From the human T2T-CHM13v2.0 reference genome, Homo sapiens: a stretch of DNA of 64,000 nucleotides. A program made the translations under genes and the position numbers. Below the pieces are notes generated by a model. That model searched no databases. It had not been told where the DNA came from and worked only from the letters and a program-made list of their open reading frames with translations. The stretch lies in the NCBI RefSeq assembly GCF_009914755.1, contig NC_060931.1. The stretch is one strand, 5' to 3'. Shown here piece by piece: positions 59,433 to 64,000 of this stretch (positions are counted from its first letter, which is position 1; every line of letters begins with the position of its first letter).

Positions 59433-59885
59433 CTTCTCCTCCTCAATGATGGAGAAACACTGAGATCATTCCTGTTAGGAGGAAAGCCTTGGAACTGGGA
59501 TTGGCATGCACTGTGGACACAGGATGAAATTAAAGTCATTTTTAGAATAAAGATGCTATGTTACCCAGCAGAGGAAATCAATCAGTAGAGAAATGGCAAA
59601 TAAGCAGGTTCACAAAGAAGACCAGAGATTTCAGGAGCACCTGAGGTAGCTGAGGTCCTCAACAGCCATATCCAAACTCCAATACACCTATTCCATTCCC
59701 CTTCACCCAAAAAGCCAAACTAAAACATTCATTTTCACAACATCCTCTCTCTCTCTCCATATATATATATATTAGAAGTTAAAAAGTAGACACCAGAAGA
59801 GGAGGAAGACTAGTACTTAAGTCATGATTTAATTCTTTCATACATATTATCTCATTTAATTTTTCCCACAATCAGGCAAGGTAAC

Positions 59886-60352
59886 TGTGGTGCATTAAAG
59901 ATGGCTGCAACATCAATGCCACATCTCCCATTCAGAGGTAGATTATTTTCCCTGGCACTGAATCCGGCTGGCCTATAACCTGTTTTAACAAACACACTGT
60001 GGCTAAATTAATGTTGCATAACCTCAAAAACTGGGCCTGAGATTTTTCTCAGCCTCTTATTCTGCTCTCAGAACTCACCTTCTTAAGTCTGACACTATAG
60101 TGTGAGGAAGCTCACGCAGATATGCCATGTGGAGAACCTGTTCCCCCAGCCATGGCTCCAGCTGAGCTCCAAGCTGATTGCCATTTGTGTGAGGACATTT
60201 TGGACCTTCTAGCTGCCTCACCACTCCAGCTGAAACCATGGGAAAGAGACAGAAACCACGGAAAGGAGGCAGCATTAATGAAAAAGAACAGATTATTGTT
60301 TTAAACCACTAAGTTTTGGAGGGGTTTGTTACACAGCAATAGATAACTGAAA
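59886..60352 (+). mobile_element. MLT1-type MaLR LTR
   Basis: tgtggtgcattaaagatggctgc...accactaagttttggaggggtttgttacacagcaatagataac. Confidence 0.7.
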
Positions 60353-60562
60353 GAGAAAGTTGCTATCTAAATTTTATAGACAAGAAAGCTGCAACTCAGA
60401 GAAGTCAACTAAGTTGTCTAATCCTTGATTCACATCTGGCAGGTGAAGGCCTTGGGACCCCAAACCGACTAAAAGCCCATGTTCTTTACAGGAAACTGGA
60501 CTGCCTCTTGTTAGATGTGATTATTTTTACTACAAATGGCTATGATTTTCAAAAGGATTAAC

Positions 60563-60565
<3 letters not shown>

Positions 60566-60614
<49 letters not shown>
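60566..60614. repeat. (CA)~24 microsatellite
   Basis: Direct read. Confidence 0.97.
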
Positions 60615-60618
<4 letters not shown>

Positions 60619-63600
60619 AAGCAGCAGCATCCCTGTTGGCAATTCTCAAAAATTAGAATGGCAAGGTTTTAAAAGGAACACTTTCACTTTGTAAAATGAT
60701 CTCCATCTATATGCTTTCTATTCTTGGTGATTTGGGAATTATCATTAAGTATGGCTTGGAGAGACAGGTGATAAGTTTTATTGTTAATGATGGGAAGGGG
60801 TTTGACTAACATTAAAGAAAAGATATAAATGAGTCCATTATCAGATTTGTCGTTGATTGGCTGTGAAGATTGACAAGATCACTTTTGAGTGATTTTAGCT
60901 TTAAAATTCTTTCATTTAACCAATATTTACAAAGAGTCTACAGGTTACCATGCAATGCCTGCAGTCCTCAGGATACATCAATGAATAAGAAGATCCCTGC
61001 TTTTGCAGAACTTGTACTCTACCATGAAGGAGACAGAAAATAAACAAAAATCATGAAAAATAAGTAAGTTATACAGAATGTTTGAAGGTGGTAAGAACCA
61101 TGGCAGCAGAAGAAGAAGGGAGGGATGATGGGAAGGCAGGCTGATAGGTAGATAGGGAGCGTATGCTGGCAGTGGGGAGGGTTAACATTTTTAAACTAAG
61201 TATCATGTATAAGTTTAAATCATAAGACTGAAGAAATGACTGTTGTCTAGGGAGAAACCCCAAGTAACCAAAAACTTGGTTAAATGAATACACTGTTCCA
61301 ACCATAAGTCCATCTAGAAACCCACACATCTGTAACAGACATACGCAGTATCTGCCGCATTCCAACACTTTGAATGTAATACTCCCATTTACTATTATTT
61401 TCTGATAAGCAAAGCACATGAGTTGCACTAATGGGAAAAAATGCAAAGGCATCAATCTGGGAATCATATGAGGTGTTCCTAGAGCACTGGGTTAGGATGA
61501 GGCATTCAAAAACAAACATTTATACTGCTTAGGATATTCACAGGTAATAAAAAGTAGAGAGACATGCTTAGAATGAAAAACACCACTGTCAGGACAGAGT
61601 TTTCTCTTGGGAGACAGAGGTAAGGGAATGAAAAGCAATTTGGACAGGTACATTAAGGGCCTCCAACTGCACTGTCAAGTTTGTCACCAATCTAAGTGGT
61701 AGGCACACCTGTGTCTGTATTGTTGTGTTTTTCAAAATTTTTCAAAATATAAATTAACTGCAACTGAATGTAATGTATGAGATGAGTAATAAAACCTTGC
61801 CTTAAAAACAGTATTTGATACGTGGCTGGACAAACTGGCATAAACACATCATGCATATGGGAATCACCATTATGGTAGGAATCAGGCAGGAAACTGCATT
61901 AGGGTCCTACTTATTTATAGGGGAGTGTAATTAAGATTACTCTTCATTCCATGTTTTCCCAACAGTGTTAGTCTCACCAGTCCCTTTTAGAACCAGTGAC
62001 ACAAGCATATAAACTGTTTTTCCAACTCAAAATGCAGTCAAAATGAATATAAACTTCTATAAACACCAATTATATTTACAACATGCACACTCACGCACAC
62101 ACATGTGTGCATCACAATGAAAAAATACCCTGGACCCATTATCAAAGGACCATAGTTTAAAAAACATGTTAATTTGTCTTTCCAAAAATTACTACACAAT
62201 ACTATTACTTTCTCTTGTTATATAAACAGTTTTTACTAAATATGGCTTTATAAGACAGATGTTCATACTTTCATGACTTTCTTTCTTAGTAATATTAGAT
62301 TTATTTTCAGGCCAAATAAATTAATCATCATATTTATATTTCTTCCTTGAAACTAGTCATTGCACCACTTGTATTTCTTATCTGGTGACTTTTTTTTAAA
62401 GATCAAAGGATCAAAAGCTAAAGATCCCAGGCTCCTCAAGATTTCAACCTAGATGCATATTACACTAGATATATAAAAGTCATACACTTACTTTGTTGAA
62501 TGAAGCACTGCAGCCTACAGATCATATTGCATTACATACATTAATTTTTATTTTTTTCTTAAAGTAACAGCAAAAAAGCAATAAAAACAATATATTCAGA
62601 GGTAATACATCAATTTTCAGAATCATTGGGAACCTAACTGGAAGTGGCTAGTGGTAACAGAACCTCTGTCTTCTGACACACACGGTCACTAACACAGATT
62701 TTCAATCACATCCCTCTAAAGGTGCCAAGTTTTTGATCCAAGAAGGGAAAAGATGGAAAAAAACAGAAGGTATACATATATATATATACCTCATGCAGGG
62801 AAGACTGAAGGTCCAAGTCTCCATCAGAACTCCCACAACTACAACCCTAATTTAGAATGCAGAAACCCAAGTTAGGGAGAAAACACAAACCACAAAGGAT
62901 TCTTTCAGATTTAGAGTTTGTAAACCCCAGTCTCAGCATCGAGTTTTGTCTTAAAACATGCTGAATATATCACTACTGTTAAAGTGTGAATCTATAAAAA
63001 TGCTCAGAAAACTGAAGTCAATTTTTAACAGTGCTCTAAACTAAAACTAATCTCAAATGCAAAAAATGAGTTTAAAAATAAAGTTAGACGTGAAAGTTAG
63101 CCCTTTTACATATGTCAGTGAAACAGAAGATTATTTTTTCATCTCTTCAGTTACAGGCTTTATTATATCAAAAATAATAAATAAGAAATGGGATAAACTT
63201 TATTCCTTTTTAGTGACAATCATTTTTTCCCCTCCAAATTTACTAACACTTTCATTCTAAAAAAATATATACAATAAAACAGGCTGTTTAGCTAAACATT
63301 ATGAAGTTATGAGACAAAGATCTCCCTACATACTTTCCTCATTTTTGCAGAAAACAGATCATAAAACAGAATAAGCCTTGTTCAAAGAAATGAGCAGCTT
63401 TGGTTACAAGTGCAAAAGTCAGCCATGTGTACTAATTCTCAGTAATCATGAAGCAAGGTGAGCTCCCCAGGGACTTAAAAGTCAACACCTAGCAATGCTT
63501 GGATGAACTAAGATGAGGAACCGCTCATGTGACACAACCTTACAAAACCCTTTGTATTCCCAATAGGACAGATGAGGCTGTGGAACTCACAACAACCCTC

Positions 63601-63684
63601 TAAGGTGTGTGACTGACTCCAATTATAGAGAAGACTTTGCCAAAGCCTGCAAAGAAAGATGCTGCTATTACTTAAAAAATGCAT

Positions 63685-64000
<316 letters not shown>

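Overview
Human (primate) genomic DNA, not prokaryotic. The minus strand carries the 3' part of SLC25A13 (citrin, mitochondrial aspartate/glutamate carrier 2; chr7q21.3 from recall). Five GT-AG-bounded coding exons (conventionally 14-18) lie at 42441-42581, 27616-27754, 17716-17874, 17532-17622 and 17068-17254. They join in frame to the C-terminus ...TSKAIGGGP*, followed by a ~970-nt 3' UTR. The rest is intron 13-15 sequence and the 3' intergenic interval, dense in Alu, L1, MIR/L2 and MaLR LTR fossils. An antisense Alu monomer at 5873-5965 (+) matches, from recall, the exonised alternative last exon of the convergent neighbour DYNC1I1. Most notable structure read directly from the sequence: (1) a ~94% identical copy of the last ~204 nt of the SLC25A13 3' UTR, including its AATAAA, 3.16 kb downstream; (2) an older decayed 3' UTR copy at ~1.1 kb offset; (3) the exon 15 splice acceptor sits in an apparent decayed tandem copy of the first 99 nt of exon 15; (4) a consensus-like AluYa5; (5) stacked and nested Alu insertions; (6) an L1 endonuclease site inside the intron 16 acceptor; (7) homeodomain/TALE motif clusters in intron 14, candidates for DLX5/6 long-range enhancers. 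I found no evidence of a novel protein-coding gene or multi-gene system.
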